Of a stretch of 64,000 nt of DNA, positions 11,901-20,667 are shown in pieces. The notes below the pieces were generated by a model. The model was given only the letters and a program-made list of their open reading frames with translations. It made no database searches and was not told where the DNA came from. Numbering within the stretch: position 1 is the stretch's first letter; the number at the start of each line of letters is the position of its first letter. Origin of the DNA: an uncultured bacterium (lineage in GTDB: Bacteria; Fidelibacterota; Marinisomatia; Marinisomatales; JABMOV01); assembly GCA_964654545.1 (NCBI GenBank), contig CAZZIU010000002.1, positions 48,903 to 112,902 of the forward strand. The letters run 5' to 3'. The position numbers and the translations under genes are program-made.

Positions 11901-13762
11901 ATTATATTCGTGAACAAATCAATCAGGTAAAAAACGATGTGGACCTCGTTATTATGGAATTCCATGCGGGGAGTGAATATTCGGTAGAACCTGGAGCCGG
12001 ATATGATAATTATGATCCATCGGTTGCATTTGCTGAACAACGACAGAGCCGGACAGCGTATTTTGGTGTCAATAATGAAGATGATCAGGATGAAGATTAT
12101 TCTTATAGAATAGATGTGCCTCACATGTGGGATAGGGAAATCCGGCAATTTGCACTTAATGAAGGGGCTGATTTGGTGGTCGTTCATCACCCCCATAAAA
12201 TCCAGGGAATGGAAGTTATCGATGGGAAATTAATTGCCCATTCTTTAGGTAATTTTATTTTCGATATGGATTATCCGGAAACCATGCCGTCAGTTATATT
12301 AAATGCCGAAGCTGAACCAGATAGTTTTATTGCCTTTTCCTTAAACCCGATTTTCATAGATCATTATATTCCAAACCCTGCCACAGGGGAATTGGGCAAC
12401 TATATTCTATACGATTTGGCCATGAAATCGTTCAATCTAAACACGTATTTGCATGTGGATCCCTTTAGTCAGGTGGCGCATATTGTTCTCGATCCGGCTT
12501 CAATCTCCCAGTATCATATTCCAAATCGAAGATCTTTTAGCATTGTTGATGGTTCATGTCGACCCATTTCTATCCATACAACTGGAGGAATTTCTTTAAT
12601 GAACACGGTCACGCCTGATGATGCCTGGGATATGCGGTTTGGTCGGGAATTATTATGGTATGGGAATTTTGAATCGGAAGGTTCAAATATGTGGAACACC
12701 AATAGTGATGATGAGAGCATAGTATGGGATGAATATCATGATGGTGAGCGGAGTCTGTTTCATCGTCGAACTCAAACTTCCGGTGATAATATTGTGACCA
12801 ATCTTCTGAATAGACTCCCACTTAAACCAGATATTCCAATAACCCTTTCGGGATGGATAAAAACCGACAATGGAAACAATGTAACAATTGAAATTAGATT
12901 TTATGAAACTCGATACTCTACCACTATAATATCAACTTTTGATTCGGGTGAATGGGTGACAGGGAATTCATCCTGGAAGTATTACTGGAATGACATTGAC
13001 GTCCCGGCAAACGCACAGTTTTTTGACATTCGTTGCAACAGCGGATTGCCAGATAGCGGAGAAGCAAATTCCTGGTTTGATGATATAAGCGTATTGCAGT
13101 GGGAAACCTGGTTACCGGTTTCTGGAGATATGATAATACCCTATCCCAACGATTATGTAGGAATGCAATTAAACTCAACGGCTGACAATGATACTGGTGT
13201 CGTAGAGTTCTATGAGTCTTATCTGGACAATCCACCAATTGTTATTCCCGAGTTCTCTGTAGAACAACGTGCGATCCAAGTACCATCTGTTGTCCAGTTT
13301 AACAATACCAGCGAGGGGCTACATGGCTGGTGGCAATGGGATTTTGGCGACGGTGTCACATCCATAAACAAGGAACCGGTTCATGAGTATACCAGTCCTG
13401 GGTTTTACGATGTCACATTATCCATCTTAGATCACAACGGGATTTATCAAACGACTACCCTTCCTAATTACATCGTCGCAATTTCAGATACCATCACGCA
13501 GGATGGTGATATAAATCTGGATGGTAATGTTAATGTTTTGGATATAATTACATGTGTTAATTTTATTCTGGGATACAACCAGATTAATCCTGATCAATTC
13601 ATAGCCACTGATTTGAATGTTGACTTCCAAATCAATATTTTTGATCTTTTATTGCTGGCAGATATCGTTATTACTGGAGATCGAATTGGTGACGAAGGCA
13701 TTCAAATATTAAATTCCGTATATGAAAATAATAAAACATATAATAATATAAATATAAAGTAA
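8960..13762 (+). CDS. Giant secreted multidomain protein: N-terminal unknown (possibly zinc-amidase-like) domain, PKD, CapA-like metallophosphatase domain, second PKD, C-terminal dockerin-like repeats
   Basis: Signal peptide MKNPLIICYLIGIASLHG (the ATG at 8969 may be the true start). PKD motifs WHFGDGSTS..HTYS and WDFGDGVTS..HEYTSPGFYDVTL. CapA motifs FVGDIML, NLECVLTD, LANNHMLDYG, HAGSEY, VVHHPHKIQG. Dockerin-like DINLDGNVNVLD and DLNVDFQINIFD. Confidence 0.8.
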   Translation: MNTMKNPLIICYLIGIASLHGEILYERGSLREFVGGNSTTSEYDNYVSHVVEGIADPGYNDYGPDWLDVQSNGFGNYTEIPENSPILTYWQVIFQSIVVGDTTTADQLLSDSLDIFHYNLVVFTDTTTNREYFMVREQLDMSFVDQNLPATPNDDVTGSFTNGWGLFVYSPSATRSQVLFEVPHPCDDFISPYIATEAFLVTDARAICYSGTGREVIWTNVESYSNNKSLSDPSRNANTVFHVFHQVVSEALFMEALHSPIVFQIHSFDNDAHEGLHSIVLSAGALHPIANKPIRDLSSDHRDIINFTEEITIYANTFGPHGLVRVDGYYEVFYDDNFQYFGDYGTYPIKKATELKGSSSNVQLNHIHGMHNSRDVYEPFVHVECDEKPEIFDAINMPLDTLYAGEYPTSYMNFSILLEYYEPFINALDAYLTDWETVTDITSPDSISIFYPVTLLPDNSNFQWAPVEDTNFESYRIYFDTLTIQPNSPYFDRNQFSFLADMRTNHISIPTNVLPDTCFLSIRAIDYLGNESPLSESVPNYFANHGLPVTVVEYVDTLQSFGSYGDEDVEPEGWSFDSAGTDQLLLSLFGNTWKTQSINPYSIDSTSVWIVNTKIDSIGEIQGLGFRAGNDILWYSFHGLEELDIEEWVTVYQGYFPTGLWNTIYLPIGDDWIARFEYEPEIEEIIYVNDADAVIPGSIQFRSIVDLTPDQYIPPEVSIQSDVGPVRRIGSERNVVVDFSASIQDPDSYIFQYLWHFGDGSTSPDPDPSHTYSVLDDHTYSVVLEVIDQQGEIGRGYAHILVDEGESSLPIRLNFVGDIMLARRLEDAGGVIPTNGVDALFEPTIELFGNAADLSIANLECVLTDRGSPHPTKSIVYRGSPENVTGLENAGIDIVSLANNHMLDYGDEGLYQTQTLLTNANINFSGAGENSVMSYRPLIVSRKGISLAFLASSDRTGQYNNYQPYLNAGLNKTGFAYMTPYYIREQINQVKNDVDLVIMEFHAGSEYSVEPGAGYDNYDPSVAFAEQRQSRTAYFGVNNEDDQDEDYSYRIDVPHMWDREIRQFALNEGADLVVVHHPHKIQGMEVIDGKLIAHSLGNFIFDMDYPETMPSVILNAEAEPDSFIAFSLNPIFIDHYIPNPATGELGNYILYDLAMKSFNLNTYLHVDPFSQVAHIVLDPASISQYHIPNRRSFSIVDGSCRPISIHTTGGISLMNTVTPDDAWDMRFGRELLWYGNFESEGSNMWNTNSDDESIVWDEYHDGERSLFHRRTQTSGDNIVTNLLNRLPLKPDIPITLSGWIKTDNGNNVTIEIRFYETRYSTTIISTFDSGEWVTGNSSWKYYWNDIDVPANAQFFDIRCNSGLPDSGEANSWFDDISVLQWETWLPVSGDMIIPYPNDYVGMQLNSTADNDTGVVEFYESYLDNPPIVIPEFSVEQRAIQVPSVVQFNNTSEGLHGWWQWDFGDGVTSINKEPVHEYTSPGFYDVTLSILDHNGIYQTTTLPNYIVAISDTITQDGDINLDGNVNVLDIITCVNFILGYNQINPDQFIATDLNVDFQINIFDLLLLADIVITGDRIGDEGIQILNSVYENNKTYNNINIK

Positions 13763-13805
13763 CACATTAGATGATGGATGAACCAATCTCCACCATCTTA
13801 CCAGT

Positions 13806-14330
13806 TTGTATCTTGTGCAATTGCGAAACATTCACGTGAATGAAATATACAGAATGGCAGTAAATAATAAATACCATCTAAACCCATGGTTTCACTGGCT
13901 GGATTCTATTGCATCTGTCGTGGACACCAGATCGTTCATCCATCAATATGAAACGAAATATGAGCTAAAGACCGGGTTGCAGTGTGGACTACAAATTGAT
14001 AGCCGTATCATTGGAATCATTGGTCTGGATATTCACCGTTTAAATCAATCTGGGTGTATTGGTTATTGGCTAGACAAAGAATATCAGGGTCATGGGTACA
14101 TGTCTAATGCCAATCGCAGCTTGTGTAATTATTACTATGAAAAACGTATATTTTACCGGCTTAAGATCCGTTGTACAATTCATAATACCCGTCGCAATGC
14201 TATACCGCAGCGCCGTGGCTTTTCTTTGTAGGGGGCACGATATTCTGCTGAATATATCAATGGTGCTATAACAGTATTAACGTTTATGCACGTTGAAAGA
14301 CTGATGATATCGCGGAAAAATAAATTGTAA
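13806..14330 (+). pseudogene. RimL/RimJ-like GNAT N-acetyltransferase interrupted by an in-frame TAG (14229-14231), with no in-frame ATG start
   Basis: IGYWLDKEYQGHGYMS and RNAIPQRRGFSL*GARYSAEYING align to E. coli RimL IGYWLDESHQGQG ... NGFILEGCLKQAEFLND. The stop replaces the conserved Glu (GAG to TAG). The only ATG (13771) is in another frame. Confidence 0.6.
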
Positions 14331-14463
14331 CCAAAATGGTAATTCTGTATCCATATAATCTTCTCTGGCAATGCTTAAGAACTGAACTTTCAATTTTAAA
14401 GGTTTAAAGCAATCCGGGATTACATCTAAATTCAAAAGTCCAATTTATGTAAAAGGAGGCAAA

Positions 14464-14790
14464 ATGGCGGAAAATTTGATTGAATTTACCGATGAAAATT
14501 TTGACACAGAGGTACTCAAGTCAGAAGTCCCTGTATTAGTTGATTTTTGGGCTGAGTGGTGCGGCCCATGCCATGCATTAGCACCAACAATAGCTGAAAT
14601 AGCTAATGATTATGATGGGCAGGTTAAGGTTGGAAAAGTGAATGTAGATACCAACCAGCAAACTGCCATGAAATTTGGTATACGCAGCATACCAAGCACA
14701 TTAATATTTAAAGATGGAAATGTGGCGAATCAGGTAGTAGGTGCTGTACCTAAAGATAGTATAACAAAACTATTAGATCAGGTAGTATAA
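14464..14790 (+). CDS. trxA: Thioredoxin
   Basis: WCGPC active site, 108 aa, and an AAGGAGG Shine-Dalgarno sequence upstream. Confidence 0.95.
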   Translation: MAENLIEFTDENFDTEVLKSEVPVLVDFWAEWCGPCHALAPTIAEIANDYDGQVKVGKVNVDTNQQTAMKFGIRSIPSTLIFKDGNVANQVVGAVPKDSITKLLDQVV

Positions 14791-14798
14791 TTAACAAT

Positions 14799-15725
14799 AT
14801 GAATCGGAAAGTCATTATTATTGGTTCAGGACCCGCTGGATTAACAGCGGCGATTTATGCAGCCAGAGCAAACTTAAAACCACTTGTATTTGAGGGAAAT
14901 CAACCAGGTGGACAATTAACAATAACCACCGACGTGGAAAATTTTCCCGGATTCCCGGATGGAATCATGGGGCCGGAACTCATGGACAGACTTCGTGAAC
15001 AAGCCAAACGGTTTGGCGCCGAATGTGTCTTCAAATTTGTCACAAAAGTTGATTTTTCCAAGCGCCCTTTTTCTGTATGGGTAGGTGATGAACATTATAC
15101 CAGCGAGACCGTCATTATTTCAACCGGTGCATCAGCAAAAATGCTAAATCTTGAATCGGAAAAAGAATTAATGGGATACGGTGTCTCCGCTTGTGCAACC
15201 TGCGACGGATTTTTTTATAAAGATAAGAAAGTACTGGTTGTAGGTGGCGGTGATTCTGCTGTTGAAGAGGCTGTTTTCCTGACCAAATTTGCCAATGAAG
15301 TATGGATCGTTCATCGTCGTGATGAATTGCGTGCGTCAAAAATAATGCGCAAACGAGCGGAAGACAATCCAAAGATACATTTTCACTGGAATTCTGTCAT
15401 TGATGACATTCTTGGTAACAAAGAGACCGGAGTCACTGGTGTTCAATTAAAAGATACCGTAAAGGGAAGCGCAAAAGAAGAAAAGTGTGATGGTGTATTT
15501 ATGGCGATAGGACACACACCCAATACATCATTATTTGAAGGTATCATTGATATGGATCAAAAGGGATACTTGTTAACTCAAAACGGCAATTCGTATACGA
15601 ATATCCCAGGTGTTTTTGCTTGTGGTGATGTACAAGACCATGTGTACAGACAGGCAATAACTGCTGCCGGATCCGGATGTCAGGCGGCCATCGATGCAGA
15701 GCGCTTTTTAGAAAACCAGGAATGA
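14799..15725 (+). CDS. trxB: Thioredoxin-disulfide reductase
   Basis: GSGPAG, redox [16 protein letters not shown], and the C-terminal [13 protein letters not shown]. Confidence 0.95.
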   Translation: MNRKVIIIGSGPAGLTAAIYAARANLKPLVFEGNQPGGQLTITTDVENFPGFPDGIMGPELMDRLREQAKRFGAECVFKFVTKVDFSKRPFSVWVGDEHYTSETVIISTGASAKMLNLESEKELMGYGVSACATCDGFFYKDKKVLVVGGGDSAVEEAVFLTKFANEVWIVHRRDELRASKIMRKRAEDNPKIHFHWNSVIDDILGNKETGVTGVQLKDTVKGSAKEEKCDGVFMAIGHTPNTSLFEGIIDMDQKGYLLTQNGNSYTNIPGVFACGDVQDHVYRQAITAAGSGCQAAIDAERFLENQE

Positions 15726-15764
15726 TCTAAAGACTTCCGATTCATCAATTACAAGGAGTAACTG

Positions 15765-16460
15765 ATGAATCAGCAATCGAAGCTAATTTATGAATTAAAG
15801 GACCTGAAAAAGGTCTATGATAATCGATCGGTACTTCAAATCGGTCGTCTCCAGTTTCATCCCGGAACCATTTACGGTTTAATCGGTCCGGTAGGATCGG
15901 GAAAATCTACCTTATTGCGCATTCTGGCTGGGAATGAAAAACAAACTGAAGGCACGCTCACCTATGAAGGTGAAGAATTCAAGTCCGGCTGGTTTAAAAA
16001 AGTATCTGGAAATGAGAACATTTTCTTGTCTGCGGCAGAGCTTTTACCTGAGAACAAAAAGATTAGTCAACTGTATTCAGATTTCTTTCCGAAAAAACTG
16101 AGCAACATTCAAAGTAAGTATTTTTCAAAGGGTGTGCAAAAAGAGTTTTGGGATCAACCAATAAAGAGCCTTTCCCCCGGAGAAAAAGCATGGATATCGA
16201 TGATTTTAGCGGTAGAAGGTGATCCTAGAGTATTGCTAGTGGATGATTATGGTGCCCTGTTGGATACGGCACTTGAATACGAGTTCCGTCGTCGATTGAA
16301 AAAGATGAACAAAGAGTTAGGTACGACAATAATCCTGGCTGCCCCTACGGAACAACATATCAGAAAAATTGCTGCTGTTTTGGTTCATTTGGATAACGGA
16401 CATATTGCAAAAATTCGGCCGGGTGTCAGTAAGACAAACAGTAAATCTTATCGTAAATAA
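15765..16460 (+). CDS. ABC-type ATPase with degenerate catalytic motifs; no permease partner nearby
   Basis: Walker A GPVGSGKST. The signature is LSPGEKAW instead of LSGGQ. Walker B is LLVDDYG, so the catalytic Glu is replaced by Asp. Confidence 0.7.
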   Translation: MNQQSKLIYELKDLKKVYDNRSVLQIGRLQFHPGTIYGLIGPVGSGKSTLLRILAGNEKQTEGTLTYEGEEFKSGWFKKVSGNENIFLSAAELLPENKKISQLYSDFFPKKLSNIQSKYFSKGVQKEFWDQPIKSLSPGEKAWISMILAVEGDPRVLLVDDYGALLDTALEYEFRRRLKKMNKELGTTIILAAPTEQHIRKIAAVLVHLDNGHIAKIRPGVSKTNSKSYRK

Positions 16461-16475
16461 ATAAACCCTAGATTC

Positions 16476-17420
16476 ATGTCCACTGGATTTATTTCTTCGA
16501 ATACATTCTTGCAGCACGACCCGGGAATCCAGCACCCTGAAAATCCTAGTCGGTTACTCGCAATTCTTGGTGCAATTGACGATAGTGATTTGAAAGATAG
16601 AATAACTTTTATTGATACCAACGACAACTACAATGAAGATACGATAGCGCTTGTACACCCGAAGACCTATCAGGTGCGTTTTAAAGAAGCAGTTACGCTT
16701 GGTTTGCCATTTTTTGATTCCATGGATAATACCATTAATCACGCTACCTTTTCTGCAGCCACTTCTGCCGCGAATGCCATGACATCAGGAATTGATGCGT
16801 TATTCCAGAAAAGTTGTGATAATCTATTTGCTGCCGTACGACCTCCAGGGCATCATGCAGAAAAGGCTACGGCCATGGGATTTTGTTTCTTTAATAATGT
16901 GGCGATCGCTGCACGCTATGCTCAATCAAAATATAATGCGCATCGAATTGCGATAATTGATTTTGATGTCCACCATGGGAATGGAACCCAACACATATTT
17001 GAAAAGGATCCATCTGTATTATACATCAGTATTCATCGATCACCCTTTTTTCCGGGAACGGGCTCAGATAAAGAGATCGGCATTGGAGAAGGTAGAGGGT
17101 ACACACAGAATTTTCCGTTAAAAGCCAATACAGGTGATGATGTTTATCTTGATTTGGTAAGAAACCCAATTGCTGATAAAGTATTGGCATACCAGCCGGA
17201 TTTGATTATTTTATCTGCAGGTTTTGATGCCCATGTATTGGATCCTTTGGGCGGTATGCGCGTTACGACAGAAGCATATCGTGAAATGACATCATTTTTC
17301 AAAGGAATGGCACAAACTGCATGCGACGGGCGTCTTTTATCCGTTCTTGAAGGTGGATATTCATTACAGGGATTGGTTGAAAGTATTTCAGGCCATTTAT
17401 CTGTTTTGTTAGAGGAGTAA
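16476..17420 (+). CDS. Histone deacetylase / acetoin-utilisation (AcuC)-family deacetylase
   Basis: RPPGHHA, DFDVHHGNGTQ, SAGFDAH and EGGY motifs. Confidence 0.85.
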   Translation: MSTGFISSNTFLQHDPGIQHPENPSRLLAILGAIDDSDLKDRITFIDTNDNYNEDTIALVHPKTYQVRFKEAVTLGLPFFDSMDNTINHATFSAATSAANAMTSGIDALFQKSCDNLFAAVRPPGHHAEKATAMGFCFFNNVAIAARYAQSKYNAHRIAIIDFDVHHGNGTQHIFEKDPSVLYISIHRSPFFPGTGSDKEIGIGEGRGYTQNFPLKANTGDDVYLDLVRNPIADKVLAYQPDLIILSAGFDAHVLDPLGGMRVTTEAYREMTSFFKGMAQTACDGRLLSVLEGGYSLQGLVESISGHLSVLLEE

Positions 17421-17422
17421 GT

Positions 17423-18049
17423 ATGAAAAGAATTTATCGATCTCAAGATGATCGAGTTATTGCAGGTGTTTGTAGTGGTTTTGCTGATTATTTTCAGTTG
17501 GATTCAACGCTGATTCGAGTTGTATGGATATTTTTCACGCTATTTGGAGGCTCAGGTATCCTTGGATATATACTGGCTTCTGTAATCCTACCTGATGAAG
17601 GTGTGCAAATCAAATCCAAACCGCCTTCCACCACGAAAAACAAAAAGTCTCATTTTTGGGAAATAATTTTGCTGATCGTTGGAATCATTGTAATTCTACA
17701 GCACGATTATCTTTTCCGCACGATATTGTATTCTTTTTGGGGTACTAGTTTAAATGCCATATTTTCATTGGGACTGGTGATAATTGGTGTGATATTACTT
17801 TTTCAAAAAAGGAAAGACTTGATGGCATTTTTTGCAAAAGAAGATGCTCTACCATTGCACGCATCGGAGACAGATAAAAAAATCGCTGGTATTTGTGGAG
17901 GCATTGGTGAATCGGTGAACGTGGATGCCAATATTATACGACTTATCTGGGTATTTGGAACATTTATGACGGCTGGTACCGGCCTTTTAATTTATATAGC
18001 TTTGGCAATAATATTACCAAAACGAACCTACTCCGAGGTTGAAGAATAA
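17423..18049 (+). CDS. Membrane protein with two PspC domains
   Basis: Two copies of the PspC pattern: DRVIAGVCSGFADYFQLDSTLIRVVWIFF and DKKIAGICGGIGESVNVDANIIRLIWVF. Each copy is followed by TM helices. Confidence 0.85.
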   Translation: MKRIYRSQDDRVIAGVCSGFADYFQLDSTLIRVVWIFFTLFGGSGILGYILASVILPDEGVQIKSKPPSTTKNKKSHFWEIILLIVGIIVILQHDYLFRTILYSFWGTSLNAIFSLGLVIIGVILLFQKRKDLMAFFAKEDALPLHASETDKKIAGICGGIGESVNVDANIIRLIWVFGTFMTAGTGLLIYIALAIILPKRTYSEVEE

Positions 18050-19026
18050 TGGATCAAAAGCGATTTAACGATATATCGTCTCACTTCTCTGAAAAATCAA
18101 TAATAGTTATCGGCGATTTAATGGTGGATGCATACCTCTGGGGTGATGCTGAACGCATTTCGCCGGAAGCACCAGTACCAGTAGTATTTGTGAAAGAAAC
18201 CACCGAAAATCCTGGTGGTGCTGGTAATGTGATTACGAACTTGCGGGCTCTTGGTGCTAAAGTACATTCAATTGGGGTTGTTGGGGATGATCATGTCGGA
18301 AAAAAATTAATCCAGCTTCTTGATGCAATGGGTGTGGACACGGGTGGTATATTGATAAATGAAGCCATAACTACTGCGGTAAAAACCCGAGTAATTGCGC
18401 ACAGCCAGCAAGTCGTTAGAATAGATCAGGAATCGCGGGAAGAAATGTCAATCGAAGTTGGTACGCAATTAAAAAAAGTGCTTCTGGGTAAGATCGGGAG
18501 CTGTGATGCTGTTATTATTGAAGACTACAATAAAGGTTTGCTGACAAAAGATTTTATCATCACCATTATAGAAACCTGCCAATCTAAAAATATACCGGTG
18601 TATGTTGATCCCAAAAAACACAACGTAGACGCTTATAAGCACGTGAGATTGTTTAAACCCAACTATTCTGAATTTATTCAGTGCGTGCCAGATGGTGAAA
18701 ATGACTTTGTCAAATCCGGGAACGTATTGCGGAAATCTCTGGACGCAGAATTGCTAATGGTGACACGAGGAAAAGATGGTATCGCACTTTTTACACCTTC
18801 TGGTCTCGAAACAATTCCGACCAGGGCACGACGAGTACACGATGTATCCGGTGCAGGTGATTCAGTCATTAGCACATTTACTCTGGCTGACTTATGTGGT
18901 GCAACTCCTTTGGAAGCTGCGCAATTGGCAAATTACGCCGCAGGTAAAGTTTGTGAAGAAGTTGGTGTTGTTCCCATATCTCTCGATGCACTATCAGAAA
19001 TTATTAATTACCACACCTCACCGTAA
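18049..19026 (+). CDS. hldA: D-glycero-beta-D-manno-heptose-7-phosphate kinase (RfaE domain I type, PfkB family), monofunctional
   Basis: VIGDLMVDAYLWGDAERISPEAPVPVV, NPGGAGNV, and the C-terminal DVSGAGDS. Confidence 0.8.
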   Translation: MDQKRFNDISSHFSEKSIIVIGDLMVDAYLWGDAERISPEAPVPVVFVKETTENPGGAGNVITNLRALGAKVHSIGVVGDDHVGKKLIQLLDAMGVDTGGILINEAITTAVKTRVIAHSQQVVRIDQESREEMSIEVGTQLKKVLLGKIGSCDAVIIEDYNKGLLTKDFIITIIETCQSKNIPVYVDPKKHNVDAYKHVRLFKPNYSEFIQCVPDGENDFVKSGNVLRKSLDAELLMVTRGKDGIALFTPSGLETIPTRARRVHDVSGAGDSVISTFTLADLCGATPLEAAQLANYAAGKVCEEVGVVPISLDALSEIINYHTSP

Positions 19027-20667
19027 TTGTCTATTATAAAAGCAGGTAAGACTTATTTGGTAACTAGGTTATTTTTGTTTTTAATAGCAAGCTTTCCAGT
19101 TGGATTAATCGGCCAGGTAAACCCCAAATATGATCCCATGGATTGGGTTTTATTCCGACAGGCTGGTTCTATTGGTTCCATTACCCAGGGATTTTCGTAT
19201 ATCTATCTTGGTTCGTCCGATGGAGGAATATATCGATACAATATATTTCGGCAGGAGTGGGATGATCCATTAACGCAGGCTCAGGGATTACCCGATAATA
19301 CTATAGAATCTGTTCTATTTGATAAAAACTCAGGAACCCTGTGGGTGGCAACGCCAGGACACATTAGTTACACTTACAACCGCGAGGGGCATTGGTATAA
19401 CATTGCAAAAAGTGACCTTGGGCTGAATAAAAAGTTTACTGTTGAACGCATTGGATATTCAGATAACTACATTTGGATTGATGCAGGGACTCTGTATTAT
19501 CAGTTGGACAGGTCGACAGGAATATTACTCAATGCAATACCTCATCCTGACGAAACCAACATTCGATGGAATAGTGGGTTGGTGGAAAATTATGTTGAAT
19601 TTCCACCCGAATATCAGGATTATACTATTATGGATGGCTGGATATTCCAAGTGGATCGATTTTTAGATTATTATGGACGGACAGTTTTCGCAACGACATT
19701 TTTCTTGCAGGAAGACGGAACATTATGGGTGGGTACGAACAAAGGCTACGTACTTACAGCGGATCCAAGAATGAAAATTTTTAAACCGTTTAAGTTAGGG
19801 ATGGCAAACACAGATGTGACATCTATAATGGGCGAATCCAGCCTGTATTTATCCGGTAGGATTACTTCGACCAGCGTTGGAATTACCTATTTTGATCCCA
19901 ATCGAAATATTATTGACTGGTATGAACCGGAAGTTATTGTCAATCTACCTGATGTTTCGTTTACTTCATCATTGGAGACGCCAAACCATTATTGGTTCGG
20001 AGGCGATGGACAACTATCAATTTACAATAAAAAGGACGGATTCTGGAAAACGATATCAGCGGTGAATTGTAATAGCATTTATACAATGGTTTGGGATTCT
20101 GGAGAAGTGTGGATAGGCGGAAACGGAGGCATTGATCGGTTTAACGCTAGGACTGTCTCACGTTTTCACGCTGAAATTGAATCCTTGCTGCACTCTGTTA
20201 CCGTTTATGACATAGAAGTAAATGGTGACGAAATATGGTTTGCTACAAGTGAAGGTATAATTGTTTATAATAAAACAACTGATCAGCTAATGGACGGCAA
20301 TCAATGGGCAAAACAATTAAATGATGTTATTCTTATTTCCTGGAACATTGAAATGGTAGATTCCAGCATTCTTACAGCCAGTAATTCTGGTATACACAGT
20401 TGGGACAAGGCTACGCATCAAGTCGATTTAATTGTGGATCCTTCCCAATACCAAAACCAACCTGTTACAGCCTTTGAGGTCCTTGATTCTACTCTATTTG
20501 TTGGAACCCAAAACGGGCTCTACCGTATGGGATGGGATGGCACAGGCTACTATCACTACAATTATTCGTTTATTCATCACGTAAACGATATGTATATTAA
20601 CAATGACGATTGTTGGCTAGCTACAGACCAAGGCCTGGTCTGGTTCAACTGGAGAAAGGATTTATGA
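19027..20667 (+). CDS. Secreted beta-propeller protein (two-component-regulator-propeller-like repeats)
   Basis: Repeats of W..T..GL / WVGT..G type (LWVATPGH, LWVGTNKGY, VWIGGNGGI, IWFATSEGI, LFVGTQNGL). Signal-like TRLFLFLIASFPVGLIGQ. The start could be TTG 19027 or TTG 19057. Confidence 0.6.
   Translation: MSIIKAGKTYLVTRLFLFLIASFPVGLIGQVNPKYDPMDWVLFRQAGSIGSITQGFSYIYLGSSDGGIYRYNIFRQEWDDPLTQAQGLPDNTIESVLFDKNSGTLWVATPGHISYTYNREGHWYNIAKSDLGLNKKFTVERIGYSDNYIWIDAGTLYYQLDRSTGILLNAIPHPDETNIRWNSGLVENYVEFPPEYQDYTIMDGWIFQVDRFLDYYGRTVFATTFFLQEDGTLWVGTNKGYVLTADPRMKIFKPFKLGMANTDVTSIMGESSLYLSGRITSTSVGITYFDPNRNIIDWYEPEVIVNLPDVSFTSSLETPNHYWFGGDGQLSIYNKKDGFWKTISAVNCNSIYTMVWDSGEVWIGGNGGIDRFNARTVSRFHAEIESLLHSVTVYDIEVNGDEIWFATSEGIIVYNKTTDQLMDGNQWAKQLNDVILISWNIEMVDSSILTASNSGIHSWDKATHQVDLIVDPSQYQNQPVTAFEVLDSTLFVGTQNGLYRMGWDGTGYYHYNYSFIHHVNDMYINNDDCWLATDQGLVWFNWRKDL

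Noticed and set aside
14229-14231. Possibility that the in-frame TAG in the rimL-like gene is recoded (pyrrolysine or readthrough) rather than a lesion.
   Set aside because: TAG serves as an ordinary terminator for neighbouring genes (mreC at 25865-25867, and the genes ending at 31115 and 32387). No pyl genes are seen, and the gene also lacks a proper start. Pseudogenisation or a sequencing error is more parsimonious.
20610-20663. 5' extensions of ORF-track entries. They run into the upstream gene at 20610, 25776, 32275, 53075 and 58046, and into upstream non-coding sequence at 40039 and 63885.
   Set aside because: In each case an internal start gives a proper signal peptide, a conserved N-terminus, a Shine-Dalgarno sequence or an ATGA/TAATG junction, so I trimmed the starts.
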